A stretch of 64,000 bases of DNA from an uncultured delta proteobacterium (GCA_963733195.1 CAVTCR010000033.1:64249-128248), one strand, 5' to 3'; counted from the first letter of the stretch, positions 29,422-41,153 are shown. The notes: generated from the sequence alone by a model not told the origin. Numbers and translations: made by a program.

Positions 29422-31272
29422 ATGTATCTCGAATTTTTTGGTTTTCGCGAAAAGCCGTTCAATGTTACTCCCGACCCGCGCCTTTTTTACAACAATCCGA
29501 TTTATCAAGAGACGTACGCAGGTCTTCTCTACGGTATCCGCGAGCGTAAAGGTTTTATCTCGTTAATTGGTGAGGTTGGCACTGGCAAGACGACTCTACT
29601 CCGTAAACTCATGTCGGAGCTACGGGAACCTGTGCATTTTGTGTATCTTTGCTACACGACACTTACGTTTGAGGAGTTGCTTAGTTTCATATGTGCTGAC
29701 CTTGGACTTGCCCTTGGCGAGAAAAGTCATCTTCAAATGATCCAAGCGCTGAATGATTTTCTCCTGAACGTTTCTAAGGATGGGGGGACGGTGGTTCTGC
29801 TAGTTGATGAGGCCCAAAATTTAGCAGACGAGGTGCTAGAAAATCTACGACTGCTTTCGAATCTTGAAACTGCTAGTGAAAAATTGCTGCAGATCGTTCT
29901 GGTGGGCCAACCCGAGCTCGAACGAAAACTTGCTCAACCAAAGCTGCGGCAACTCAAGCAACGTATCGCGATCCAAGGGCGACTCGGTCGCCTAAAAGAA
30001 CGGGAAGTTGGGCCGTTTATATCGAGTCGACAGATGGCAGCTGGATACGAAGGAGAAGCGCTGTTTACGCCTGAGGCGATCCAGCGAATTGCGGTCTACT
30101 CAAAAGGAACGCCACGACTGATCAATGTCATTTGTGATAACGCACTGTTAGTAGCGTACAGCCTCAATCTGAAAAGTGTACAGGTCGAAGTGATTGAGGA
30201 GGTCGCTCGCGATCTCCAACTGAAGCAAGATATTCGCCCTTCGCGCCTGGAGGGATTAGCAGGGGAAGCCGGTGCAGAAGGGCGTTTGCCTGATGAAGGG
30301 GAAAACTTCATTAGTGGTGAATCTTCTATTGTGAACATGGCAGCTCGGGTCGCCGCAACAAGTACAGAAATTTATCCTCCCAAAAGAGCGTATTATCAGG
30401 AAAATGTGCAATCAAGTCGGCGTTTCTCTCGTATTCTTACAGGTGCCATCCTGGCACTTGCGCTTCTTGGTGGAGCCGGGGCCGCTATTTTTGCTGGGCA
30501 ACATCCCCCTGGGTTTTTCGATGTTGCTACGAAAATAGGTGAATGGTTAAGGGCAGATCCCGATCCCGCGCTAGAGACTCAGGAAGAAGAAGAGGAAATC
30601 AAACCGTTTTCTCCAGTCCTTCCTCCCGTTGATCCAGCTCAAAATCAAATTCGCAGGGCAGGCGATGAGAGATTGGAAGATTCCACTCCCCTAGAGCAGC
30701 CCGGGAGTAGAGAAAAAGAAAGGCTGAGTTCTCAAGGAGAACCGAACCCTGAACCAAAACCAGGCCCTACAGTGGCAGCTTCTCTCAGTTCGTGGAAAGA
30801 TCGCCCCCTTCGGATTGAGTCGAAGATGACGGTCTTTGACTTAGTACTCAAAAACTACGGCACTTACAATATCCTCGCTGTCGACCTGATACAAGAAAAT
30901 AATCCGCACCTCAAGAATCTCGAAAAGATCGTTGTCGGAGAGAAACTCTGGTTACCGCCATTAACACAAGAAACTTTGGTGCGAGAACAACCCGATGGAA
31001 AATATCAGCTCATCCTTGCGTCCTTCCGAAATAAACGGGAGGCTGAGCAGTTTGCACAAGGAGTGAAATCACAGGGATATGTAGTTACCGTAACCCCACG
31101 CAAAGTTGTCGAGAACCTCGTGGTGCAAAGAGTTGTGATTCAGGAATTGAAAGATTTTGATGAAGTGAAAAAGGCATGGGAGTTGGTCAATGTCAACAAC
31201 GTGTTTTCAGGGAAACCTGCGCTAATAAAGAATAGCATTGCGACCCTAGAGCCGACAGTTGGGGCGAGGTAG
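29422..31272 (+). CDS. ExeA-like AAA ATPase with TM, LysM-like and SPOR-like C-terminal domains
   Basis: MYLEFFGFREKPFNVTPDP, GEVGTGKT, DEAQ, VGQPEL and GTPRLIN; C-terminal NPHLKNLEKIVVGEKLWLP and YQLILASFRN. Confidence 0.88.
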   Translation: MYLEFFGFREKPFNVTPDPRLFYNNPIYQETYAGLLYGIRERKGFISLIGEVGTGKTTLLRKLMSELREPVHFVYLCYTTLTFEELLSFICADLGLALGEKSHLQMIQALNDFLLNVSKDGGTVVLLVDEAQNLADEVLENLRLLSNLETASEKLLQIVLVGQPELERKLAQPKLRQLKQRIAIQGRLGRLKEREVGPFISSRQMAAGYEGEALFTPEAIQRIAVYSKGTPRLINVICDNALLVAYSLNLKSVQVEVIEEVARDLQLKQDIRPSRLEGLAGEAGAEGRLPDEGENFISGESSIVNMAARVAATSTEIYPPKRAYYQENVQSSRRFSRILTGAILALALLGGAGAAIFAGQHPPGFFDVATKIGEWLRADPDPALETQEEEEEIKPFSPVLPPVDPAQNQIRRAGDERLEDSTPLEQPGSREKERLSSQGEPNPEPKPGPTVAASLSSWKDRPLRIESKMTVFDLVLKNYGTYNILAVDLIQENNPHLKNLEKIVVGEKLWLPPLTQETLVREQPDGKYQLILASFRNKREAEQFAQGVKSQGYVVTVTPRKVVENLVVQRVVIQELKDFDEVKKAWELVNVNNVFSGKPALIKNSIATLEPTVGAR

Positions 31273-31366
31273 GGAAAAGAGCCGTATCGTTGTCGGTGGG
31301 GATTGATCTCTACGGTGTAACCGAGCGCCAAGAAGTGGCTCATCGGGAGCTATAAGGGACACGAGG

Positions 31367-32855
31367 ATGTTGTCTGCTTTGCAGAATGGGAGTCGAGCGT
31401 ACCAAAGGTGGTGGTCGGCCATATTAGTATGTTCCACGGTAACCTTTTTTCCTGGACAAGCTGTGGCCCGGTTCGCGAGTCGGTTCTCGCTATCCGTAGG
31501 AGAAGAGTATAATGATAATATTTTTTTCTCAGAGGATAAAACCCACGATTTCGTTACGGTCATTACCCCAGGATTGCACTTTATCTACGAACCACAGTTT
31601 CGTCTAAATTCGCGGTTGACGGTTGACGTGAATGCACCGGCCGAGATTTATGTACGCCATGGAGAACAAACGAATATTGGAGACCGCTTCTCACTTCGTA
31701 CTCGCTATTATTATCCATACTCGCAAAATCTTACTTTCTCGATAAGTGACAACGTTTGCCGTATTGGGAAAACCCGACTGAGTGGTTTTGATGAAGGACG
31801 AGGAGGAGGATTTGGTGGTTCTTCGGGGGGAGGTAACGTTCTTGGAGGAATTAGTAATATTGGTGGGATTGGAGGGGAAGATGGCTGTGGTGGAGGCGGA
31901 GGTGGACGAGGACTCGGTGGGGTCGGGAGAAGCGAGCCTGGGTCTGAACTGAATACAGACGATCTTATCACAACTGGAGATACACTCTCTAACAATTTCG
32001 ATATCTCTGGTGATTTTTTGTATTCTCAGAATTTGAGCTTTAATGTGGGTTATTCTTGGCAATATCAGGCCTTTTTTGATGTCGGAGGGTTGGAAAATTC
32101 TCATGAGGTAGAGGTGGGAGGGCGATATCACCTCTGGAGGTTGCATAACCTCAAAGCAAATTATCGGTTGCAGTTATTACGAACTCGTGACGGGGAAAGG
32201 GATACTATTCATGACTTTGACGTTGGTGATGATTTCTTTAGCTCGCGTCAAATCAATCTGACTCCCACCTTGTCGATTTGGGGCTCAACAGGTTTGACCT
32301 TTGGGTCGCAAGGTAATGGCTTTGATCTGCGGCACAAACTCGACGTTGCCTTAGTTAAATTGTGGAGAACTGCTGCTTTCAGTGTTGGAGTTCAACGACA
32401 ATTCACTGGAAGTTTTGGTGTCTCTGGCCCTTCCTATACGACGGATTTTTTTGCCCAATATGCCATTCAAATCACTCGACGACTGGTGGGTTTTGCAGCT
32501 ACATCCTATTCTTTGTATGATACAGACGGATGAGGATTTCACGACTTTTCAGGCTGTCGGAGGTTTCCAATATTGGCTGACGAACTGGATGTCGGCTAAC
32601 CTGGTGTACAATTATCGTCTGCTCAATCCCGATGGGGATAATCAAGAATCTGATATACTTCAAACAACAACAATAGATGGCAATAGTGTTATGCTTTCTA
32701 TAGCAATGTATTTCGATATCTGGCCGAATATTGGACTTGCGCGAAATGTCGCTGCAAACTCTCAGATCTTCGGGCTGCCGCAAATCGGCGGGGGAAGTGC
32801 GCCGCCCGGACCCGCACCGCAGCCTGCTCAGCAAACACCTGCTCCGAACCCCTAG
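31367..32855 (+). CDS. EPS-locus outer-membrane beta-barrel protein (frameshift near 32530)
   Basis: Signal peptide; SVGEEYNDNIF..DFVTVITPG; alternating aromatic strands; upstream of wza. Confidence 0.78.
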
Positions 32856-32866
32856 GTAGCAAAAAT

Positions 32867-33484
32867 ATGAAGAGTACAAGGATTTGGATTCACCTAATGG
32901 TTGGGTTAGTGATGTCGATAACTCTTTCGGGATGCACCAAGGAGTTGCGACAGCATGAGACTTCAATCGCCGCAGAGATTAATAACCCTCAAGTACCTGC
33001 AGCAGAGTCGTACGTTGTTGGAGCTGGGGACGTACTACAAGTGGTCGTATGGAGAGATCCGTCCTTATCTGGAACTGTGACCGTGCGACCTGACGGGTTT
33101 ATTACGCTTCCGCTGGTGAATGAAGTACAGGTTGTTGGATTGAAAACCGCAGAGCTGCGGGAAACGCTGGAGAAGCGCTTTCGAGAGTTCGTGACCGATG
33201 CCTATGTGACTGTTCGCGTAGAGAAAATCGCTTCGACCGAAGTGTTTCTTATGGGAGAAGTTGTTAAAGCTGGTGCATATCCGCTCATAGGGAACGACAC
33301 GTTAATTCAACTCCTTACTCGATCGGGTGGACTTAGTCCCTTTGCTGATCGCCGTAATATCCGAATAAGCCGCCGCCAGGGGGACAAAGTAACGGATTTC
33401 GTTGTTGATTACGATGCGATTTTGAAAGGTGACCTGAAACAGGACATCCTTTTGAAGTCCGGAGACCGTATTGTTGTCCCGTAG
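32867..33484 (+). CDS. Polysaccharide export lipoprotein (Wza/OPX)
   Basis: LSGC lipobox; YVVGAGDVL, VRPDGFITLPLV and LKSGDRIVVP. Confidence 0.92.
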   Translation: MKSTRIWIHLMVGLVMSITLSGCTKELRQHETSIAAEINNPQVPAAESYVVGAGDVLQVVVWRDPSLSGTVTVRPDGFITLPLVNEVQVVGLKTAELRETLEKRFREFVTDAYVTVRVEKIASTEVFLMGEVVKAGAYPLIGNDTLIQLLTRSGGLSPFADRRNIRISRRQGDKVTDFVVDYDAILKGDLKQDILLKSGDRIVVP

Positions 33485-33525
33485 TATGTCGGCAATTTTC
33501 GTTATCGAAAAATGGGAGATATGCA

Positions 33526-35187
33526 ATGAATGTGTTTGCGAATGGGTTTAGCCTAGATGTCCTGCTGGCCTTAGCACGCAGACGTAAGTGGATTGGAATT
33601 TCGGTTTTTGCCATCCTTACAAGCGTGTTAGCAAGTTTGATTGTGTTTCTTCCTAATGTATACATGTCGCAAGCGCTCGTTATTGTTGAGAGCCAACAGA
33701 TTCCTCAAGAATATGTTCGTTCAACTGTTACCAAAGCAGTAGAGCGCCGCCTGCAGGAAATTAGCCAGCAACTTCTCAGTCGGTCACGGCTCGAACAGTT
33801 AGCTGCGCAGTTTGGCCTCCACCAACAGTTGAAAAAAGATGGCGCCTCAAGCGAAGTGATAGCACAGGCGATGAGGAAAGATATCGGTATCAACGTTACC
33901 AACGCGCGCGGTAGGGCGGAGATGCCGTTGCCTTCGGGGTGAGCTACCGTAGTCCTGACCCGCAAAAGGCGATGCTGGTGGCCAATGAGTTGGCGTCACT
34001 ATACATCGATGCCAATATGCAGTTACGAGAGGGGCAAGCTGCCAGTACTTCAGAATTTCTTGCGAAACAAGTGGAGGATGTGAGAATTAAACTTGAACAG
34101 CAAGAAAATAAGGTGACAGACTACAAGCGACAACATCTTGGGGAGCTTCCTGAACAGCGAGAGGCGAACCTTGCCATGATTGATGCGCTACAGAAGCAGA
34201 TGGTTCTCCTTTCGGACAACCTTGCGCGTGCACAAGAACGCCGCAATACCGTAACGCAAATGGCCAATCTTCAGACAGATCTTGAAACCGAGCTCGCTGA
34301 AGTAGAAGTACCGAGTGTCGCGCGGGAGGAGGCGAATTCAAATCTGTCACCATCCGAGCAGTTATCGCCGGAACAGCAGCTGAAGATGTTGCAGGGGCAA
34401 CTGGCTCAATTCAAAATGCGATTTTCTGAAAAACATCCAGATATAATTCGCTTGAAGCAACTCATCTCGAATCTGGAAAGTCAAGTAGCAGCGACAGCAC
34501 CACCTTTAGACGAAATTCCTACAGTGCCGGAAGAGCCGTTGGTTGGAACCGTGTCAGCCAGGGCGACAGCAACTCAAGTTGAATTGGCCGCTCTCGATAG
34601 TGAGGTTCAGCGGATGAAGGCTGAACTGCAGAAGATTGGTAGTGACGTAGTGATGTATCAGCAACGCATTGAAAATACCCCGAAAGTGGAACAAGAGCTA
34701 CTGTCGATTTCGCGAGACTACAATACATCCAGAGAGCTATTTGCAACTCTTCTGAAACGACTTGATGAAGCAAAACTTGCGGACAAGCTCGAACAAAACC
34801 AGAAGGCGGAGAAATTTAAAATTCTGGAACCTGCCTTTTTGCCCGACAAACCGGCAGGCTCCACAGCGTGACCGCCTTTTTCCTATCGCGCTAATTTTGA
34901 GTCTGGGAGCTGCTATCGGAAGCATGCTCCTTCGCGAGATGTTAGACGCGTCGTTTCATCATGTCGACGACTTGCGAAATTCTGTGAAAGTTCCTGTCCT
35001 GGTAACAATTCCGCGGATTGTTACGACTACGGATCTGTGGCGTGGGCGATTCCGACAAGGGGTTGGAGCAGTCGCGCTGACGTTGTCTGTAGTTGTGATT
35101 GTTGGTGTGATGTATCGTGTAGTCGCAGGGAACGAGAGCTTGACTCGTACGTTTCTTCCTTCTGGAAGTCCCAACCAAATGCGATAG
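33526..35187 (+). CDS. Polysaccharide chain-length determinant (Wzc/GumC N-part; frameshifts near 33915 and 34860)
   Basis: Two TM segments flanking a coiled coil; FSEKHPDIIRL and LSISRDY motifs. Confidence 0.85.
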
Positions 35188-35306
35188 TAGGAAGTCGAAG
35201 ATGCCCACACGATCCTATCGTGTAGCCATCTTGACTGAACTCCGAAATGTTGACATCCACTGCGATTACCTGAGCCTGAGTTCTTTCGGTAAGAAAGATC
35301 AACCCA

Positions 35307-36269
35307 ATGAGTAAATTCTACCAAGCTTTAGAACGAGCAGAGCAAGAGCGTACCTTACGACATCAAGAACGGCTGCAAGATGCGGTCAAGGACGCCCCCC
35401 CCTCGATGCCATCTCCCGTTCTTTCTCCGCCGCGCCGTCCTACGCGTAACGGAAATGGGGCGCTGTCCCCTACGCTTGAATCTGAATCAATGATGCCACC
35501 ATCAGGTACGATCGAAGCCCACTTGGTAAGCTTGATCGCGCCGGAAACGTTTGAAGCAGAACGATACCGAATGTTATCGTATGTCGTTGAACAGCTACAT
35601 GCCGATGCCGGTCTCTCTGTGGTTGCGGTTTCAAGCCCAGCGGTTGGCGATGGCAAGACCCTCACCTCGATTAATCTTGCAAGCTCCTTGACTCAACTTC
35701 CTGGTGCACGGGTGTTGTTGATTGATCTCGATCTCCGTCGCCCTAGTATTTCTGCGAATCTCGGTATGGGACGGCGGAGTAATCGAGGTCTTATCGACTT
35801 TATTCAGAACCCAACCCTTTCTTTTGAGGAAGTCCTGCTGGCGTATCCCTCCAGTAAGTTGACCATTTTGCTCACCGGGCAAGTGCCTTCAACCCCGTAC
35901 GATACTCTCAAATCCTCGCGCTTAGAACAACTCATTGAGGATGCACGGCAAAGCTACGACTATGTAATATTGGATACGCCCCCACTTATTCCGTTCCCGG
36001 ATTGCCGACTCATCGAGCGATTTGCCGATGGCTTCCTCGTCGTCGTCAGTGCGCATAAGACACCACGAAAGGTAGTGACCGAAGCGATCAGTACGGTTGA
36101 CCCAGAGAAAATAGTTGGAGTCGTGTTCAATAATGATGACCAGCTACCGTTTGGAGATTATGCCTACTATACTTACGATACATCCACCCCTGCAGGGGAA
36201 AATGTAGGAACATTCGACTGGTTCAAGAAGAGTTTCTCAACACTCTTCCGTCGCACTCCTAAAGAGTAA
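35307..36269 (+). CDS. CpsD/CapB family tyrosine-protein kinase
   Basis: SSPAVGDGKT, LIDLDLRRP, ILDTPP and C-terminal Tyr cluster. Confidence 0.92.
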   Translation: MSKFYQALERAEQERTLRHQERLQDAVKDAPPSMPSPVLSPPRRPTRNGNGALSPTLESESMMPPSGTIEAHLVSLIAPETFEAERYRMLSYVVEQLHADAGLSVVAVSSPAVGDGKTLTSINLASSLTQLPGARVLLIDLDLRRPSISANLGMGRRSNRGLIDFIQNPTLSFEEVLLAYPSSKLTILLTGQVPSTPYDTLKSSRLEQLIEDARQSYDYVILDTPPLIPFPDCRLIERFADGFLVVVSAHKTPRKVVTEAISTVDPEKIVGVVFNNDDQLPFGDYAYYTYDTSTPAGENVGTFDWFKKSFSTLFRRTPKE

Positions 36270-36292
36270 CGAACGTACTGCTAGAGGACTGA

Positions 36293-37783
36293 GTGAGATT
36301 CAAAGCCGCTACCTTTTGGGTAGTTGAGATATTAGCGATTGCTCTGGGAGCAATTTGGATGTTCAAGCAAACCCATACACCGCTTAGTGTGATGGGCTTT
36401 ATCTCAGCTACTCAGCAAGTGCTCATCCCAGGATTCTGCTTGATCGTCTCTTTTTATTACAATGATTTGTACGATTTACGAGTGGTGAGAAATTTTACTG
36501 ACTTCTGTAAGCATGTCCCGCAGGCTTTAGTAATTGCTTTCATTTTATTGCTAGCCTTCTCGACGATTGTTCCGGGCCTACGAGTAGAGGACACCTCTCC
36601 AGTTTCGACGTGGATGGCTTTGCTGATTGTCATTGGCGTAGTGTTTCTGATCCGTGCAGTATGTTACGGCCTGTTACGAAGTCGGACTTTTGCCGAACGT
36701 GTATTGATCTTGGGGATGAGCCCATTAGCACAGAAAATCGCCGATGAAATTAAGGGTGCCCCATATACTGGATATGTCATTGTAGGTTTCGTTGATGACC
36801 TCAGTGACCCTTCATTGCCTGGTGTTCCACCATCGCCGTACCCTGTGCTCGGACCACTTGACCGTCTAGAGCATATCATTGCTGAATTGCATCCTGATCG
36901 TCTTATTGTAGCTTTGACGGAACGACGTGGACGCCTTCCCGTGCGGGATCTACTGAACGCGCGTATGAACGGAATTATCGTAGAGGACGGTATTGAGGTA
37001 CATGAACGCTTTACTCAAAAACTTGCGATCGAGAGTTTAAATCCAAGTTTTCTTTTCTTCTCGAAAGATTTTACAACCTCTCGCGTTGAAATGGCCCTGC
37101 GGAGAATAGAGAGTCTCGCCTTTTCTCTCGCTGGACTTGTTTTGACTGCACCGCTCATGGTGCTGATTGCTCTAGCAATCAAGCTAGATTCAAGGGGCCC
37201 TGTCTTTTTTATCCAAAAGCGTGCGGGATTACGAGGGAAACCTTTCCGTTTAGTAAAGTTTCGTACTATGCACCCGATTGAGTTTGCAAGCGATGCAGAA
37301 CGGTCGGTATGGGGGAGAGACTCGACGGCTCGAGTAACGAGAGTTGGGAGAATATTGCGCAAGCTGCGACTCGATGAACTCCCGCAGTTTATCAATATTC
37401 TCCGTGGAGACATGGATCTTGTTGGACCACGACCGGAAATGGTTGACAACGTCAAAACGATGACTGAACAGATTCCCTATTATTCTCTGCGTATGGGAGT
37501 ACGGCCTGGGCTCACGGGCTGGGCGCAAATACGACATGGATATTCAGTAAGTCAGGAAGATGTGACAGAGAAAATGCGGTACGACTTGTACTATGTGAAG
37601 CATATGTCGGTGTGGTTCGACATCCAGATTTTGTTCGATACTATAAAAATTGTTTTATTGGGGCAAGGAAGTGAACAACACATCGCTGCTAAAAGTGATG
37701 AAAAGATGTCTACCGCAGGGCTTACTGGGTCAACCGTGAGTTATCTGCCCCCCGAAAACTCTCAAGAAAGAAGGCCTGCATGA
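36293..37783 (+). CDS. Priming sugar transferase (polyprenyl glycosylphosphotransferase, PEP-CTERM locus type)
   Basis: KFRTM, RVTRVG, RLDELPQFINILRGDMDLVGPRPE and RPGLTGWAQ motifs. Confidence 0.93.
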   Translation: MRFKAATFWVVEILAIALGAIWMFKQTHTPLSVMGFISATQQVLIPGFCLIVSFYYNDLYDLRVVRNFTDFCKHVPQALVIAFILLLAFSTIVPGLRVEDTSPVSTWMALLIVIGVVFLIRAVCYGLLRSRTFAERVLILGMSPLAQKIADEIKGAPYTGYVIVGFVDDLSDPSLPGVPPSPYPVLGPLDRLEHIIAELHPDRLIVALTERRGRLPVRDLLNARMNGIIVEDGIEVHERFTQKLAIESLNPSFLFFSKDFTTSRVEMALRRIESLAFSLAGLVLTAPLMVLIALAIKLDSRGPVFFIQKRAGLRGKPFRLVKFRTMHPIEFASDAERSVWGRDSTARVTRVGRILRKLRLDELPQFINILRGDMDLVGPRPEMVDNVKTMTEQIPYYSLRMGVRPGLTGWAQIRHGYSVSQEDVTEKMRYDLYYVKHMSVWFDIQILFDTIKIVLLGQGSEQHIAAKSDEKMSTAGLTGSTVSYLPPENSQERRPA

Positions 37784-39081
37784 AACTAAGTGACCGCATT
37801 CGTAGTCATTCTGGTCGAGTTGCTGTTGTAGGGCAGGGGTACGTCGGACTACCGCTGGCGGTGGAATTCGCTAATGTCGGATTTCAAGTGGTGGGTATTG
37901 ATCTCGATGAGAACAAAGTGGCCGCTCTGAATCGCGGAGAATCGTATATTCCCGATGTGGAAAGTCAGATCCTTCGCCGTCTGATCGAGGCGGGACGATA
38001 TCGAGCGACCAGCAATATGGATGTGTTAGCTGAAAGTGATGCTATCATTATTTGTGTTCCTACGCCGCTGCGAAAGACAAAGGATCCTGACATCTCATTT
38101 GTGTATTCCTCTGCAGCTGAGGTCAAAGCTCGATTGCGTGAGGGACAAGTGATCATATTGGAGAGCACCACATATCCCGGGACAACGAAGGAACTATTGT
38201 TGCCTATGTTTGAGGAACGAGGACTCAAAGTGGGGAAAGATTTCTTCCTCGCTTTTTCTCCGGAACGTATTGATCCAGGTAACCAACAGTTCCAAGTACG
38301 AGACATTCCAAAAGTCGTCGGTGGTGTGACTCCAGAGTGTTCCCGGATCGCTGCGCTGTTGTATGAACAGGTTGTGACCAAAGTAACGGAAGTGTCGAGT
38401 CCGACGGTCGCTGAACTTGCCAAGCTGTATGAGAACACATTTCGTAGCGTCAATATCGCGCTGGCAAATGAGTTTGCCATGATGTGCCGCTATCTCGACG
38501 TGAATGTGTGGGAAGTTATCGAAGCCGCAGCGACAAAGCCGTTCGGGTTTATGCCTTTTTCTCCAGGGCCGGGGATTGGCGGGCACTGTATTCCGATCGA
38601 TCCAATTTACTTATCCTGGAAGCTGCGCCTCAGTGGGTATGAAGCTCGTTTTATAGCGTTGGCCGATGAAGTGAATCGCAGTATGCCACGGTATGTTATC
38701 GAACTGCTGATGGATGCCTTGAACACGCGCGAAAAATGCCTCAAAGGTTCGCGTATCCTGGTGCTCGGTGTGGCCTACAAGCGGGGCGTGAGTGATATGC
38801 GTGAATCCCCAGCCCTTGACGTGATTAATGAACTTCAACGCAAGGGAGCCGATGTCCGCTACGCGGACCCCTTTGTTCTGTCTCTAGAGCACGAAGGGCT
38901 CACTACACCTCGTGTGGATGCGACTGCAGAGACGGTCCGTGCTACAGATGCTGTAGTCGTTGTGACCGACCATAAAGAATTTGACTATCCAATGATTGTG
39001 CAGACTGCGGATTTGATTGTTGATGCACGGAATGCCACTCGTGGCCTCTCTGCTCCCGACAACCGCTTGATCAGGTTATGA
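37780..39081 (+). CDS. Nucleotide-sugar dehydrogenase (UDP-GlcNAc/GalNAc 6-dehydrogenase type)
   Basis: GQGYVGLP, ESTTYPGTT, FSPERIDPGN and GPGIGGHCIP motifs. Confidence 0.93.
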   Translation: MKLSDRIRSHSGRVAVVGQGYVGLPLAVEFANVGFQVVGIDLDENKVAALNRGESYIPDVESQILRRLIEAGRYRATSNMDVLAESDAIIICVPTPLRKTKDPDISFVYSSAAEVKARLREGQVIILESTTYPGTTKELLLPMFEERGLKVGKDFFLAFSPERIDPGNQQFQVRDIPKVVGGVTPECSRIAALLYEQVVTKVTEVSSPTVAELAKLYENTFRSVNIALANEFAMMCRYLDVNVWEVIEAAATKPFGFMPFSPGPGIGGHCIPIDPIYLSWKLRLSGYEARFIALADEVNRSMPRYVIELLMDALNTREKCLKGSRILVLGVAYKRGVSDMRESPALDVINELQRKGADVRYADPFVLSLEHEGLTTPRVDATAETVRATDAVVVVTDHKEFDYPMIVQTADLIVDARNATRGLSAPDNRLIRL

Positions 39082-39936
39082 TGATTACTAACGCGTTAAG
39101 TGTTGATGTAGAGGAATACTATCATGGGATGGAGTTCGAAGCCGCTTTCCCTGGCGAGCGGCGCGGGAGCTTGCCGAGTCGTGTCGAAAGCAGTGTCGAT
39201 CAAGTGCTTGCATTGCTTGCGGATCATGAGTGCTTGTGCGACATTCTTTACGGTCGGACAGGTAGCAGAAGCTCATCCTGAGATGGTACGCAGAATAGAC
39301 CGTGCTGGGCACGAAGTTGCTTGCCACAGCTACCGGCATGAACTTGTCTACCGACAAAGCCCCGAGGAGTTTCGTGCCGATATTTACCGCGCAAAGGCTG
39401 TGCTCGAAGACCTCACTGGGAAAGCTGTAATAGGTTACCGTGCCCCCAATTACTCGATCCAGGGAGGTCAGCAATGGGCCTATGACATCCTTCTTGAAGA
39501 AGGGTTTCGCTACGATTCTAGTGTCTATCCCATCGTCCATGATCGCTATGGGCAGGCCGATGCCCCACGTTTTTCATATGAGATTCGTCGGACCGGAGAT
39601 CGATCTCTTATCGAGTTTCCGATCGGCACCATTCAAATTGCCGGCCTGAATCTTCCTCTCGGAGGAGGAGGATACTTTCGGCTTTTCCCGGAGTTGTTGT
39701 TTCGTGTCGGGATCCGACACGTGAATATGCGAGACCATCAGCCTGTGATGTTCTATTTTCACCCCTGGGAACTGGATCCAGGTCAACCATGCCCCCCTAT
39801 GCCTTGGCATCATCGATTTCGCCATTATGTGGGACTCTCCAGACAGGCGGCAAAGCTGTCGAAACTGTTTCGCTCTACACGCTTCGCGACAGTGCAAGAT
39901 GTGTTGGCTCAAGTGGCAGTGAAAGGGCAGGCATGA
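39078..39936 (+). CDS. XrtA-system polysaccharide deacetylase with DUF3473 (frameshift near 39230)
   Basis: NALSVDVEEY, GHEVACHS, GYRAPNYSI, GGGGYFRL and FYFHPWELDP motifs. Confidence 0.88.
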
Positions 39937-41051
39937 AAATCCTCAGTGTTGTTGGAGCACGGCCGAACTTCATCAAGATCGCTCCGCTCATTAGAGAGAT
40001 GCGAAAGTATCAGGATATCGCTCCGATTCTTGTCCATACCGGCCAGCATTATGATGTACGCATGGCTGGGCAGTTCTTTGAGGATCTGCAGATTCCCACC
40101 CCGGACGTTTCACTCGATGTTGGTTCGGGGACGCACGCACAGCAGACGGCTGAGGTGATGAAACGGATTGAGCCAGTGCTAATGGAGGTTCGCCCTGATG
40201 TTGTTCTCGTTGTGGGAGATGTGAACTCTACGCTTGCCGCGGCGCTCACTGCGGTCAAGCTGCATATTGCGGTGGCGCACGTGGAAGCAGGACTCCGGAG
40301 TTGTGATCGTTCGATGCCAGAGGAGATTAACCGATTAGCAACCGATGCGGTCTCCGACTATCTTTTTGTGACAGAAGAAAGTGGGATGCAGAACCTCCGC
40401 CGTGAAGGTATCGATGAAGGAAAGGTCTTTTTCGTTGGGAATGTGATGATCGACTCTCTTGAGGCTTCGCGACGTACGTGGGAACGATCCTCCATTCATA
40501 CAAAGCTCGGACTGACAAAAGGACACTATGGCATCGTCACGTTACACCGGCCCGCGACAGTTGATGACCCGCATATTTTGCGTGGAGTCATCGCCGCATT
40601 GGGAGAGGTTGCAGCACAACTCCCGTTGATTTTTCCTGTTCATCCGCGAACGCGAAAAAACCTCATGGAGATGGGACAGTTGGCGTGTCCGCTATGGTTC
40701 GGTGAAGGTCAGGTTCCATCGCGGGGAGTTTGTTGTCTTGAACCGATTGGATATTTGGACTTTATGGCATTGGTTTCAAATGCGCGTATCGTCTTAACCG
40801 ATTCCGGCGGCTTGCAGGAAGAAACCACGGCGCTGGGGATACCATGTGTGACTCTCCGCGACAATACCGAACGGCCTGTGACTGTGACGCATGGCACCAA
40901 CCAACTTGTAGGAACAACTCCAACCAGGATTATTGATGCGGCAGATCGAGCACTCGCAGGAGGAGCGGTTGCTCCTTCCCCACCACCCTTATGGGATGGT
41001 CGAGCGGCGGAACGGATTGTTGCCCTCTTGCGCGAGAACGTGGGGAAGTAA
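39933..41051 (+). CDS. wecB: UDP-N-acetylglucosamine 2-epimerase (non-hydrolysing)
   Basis: VGARPNFIK, HTGQHYD, HVEAGLRS and TDSGGLQEE motifs. Confidence 0.93.
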   Translation: MKILSVVGARPNFIKIAPLIREMRKYQDIAPILVHTGQHYDVRMAGQFFEDLQIPTPDVSLDVGSGTHAQQTAEVMKRIEPVLMEVRPDVVLVVGDVNSTLAAALTAVKLHIAVAHVEAGLRSCDRSMPEEINRLATDAVSDYLFVTEESGMQNLRREGIDEGKVFFVGNVMIDSLEASRRTWERSSIHTKLGLTKGHYGIVTLHRPATVDDPHILRGVIAALGEVAAQLPLIFPVHPRTRKNLMEMGQLACPLWFGEGQVPSRGVCCLEPIGYLDFMALVSNARIVLTDSGGLQEETTALGIPCVTLRDNTERPVTVTHGTNQLVGTTPTRIIDAADRALAGGAVAPSPPPLWDGRAAERIVALLRENVGK

Positions 41052-41153
41052 TTCAACTTCGGCTAACATCTGGCATGTGGCGAGCTGCTGAAAATATGTA
41101 AGGGCGTCACCGGTGCGTCCCGTGCTGCTAACCTCGCCACTGTACCTACAGGA

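Noticed and set aside
35193-35236. Hairpin between wzc and the kinase gene as a riboswitch or terminator
   Set aside because: Single imperfect stem with no U-tract or aptamer features; at most an mRNA stability element.
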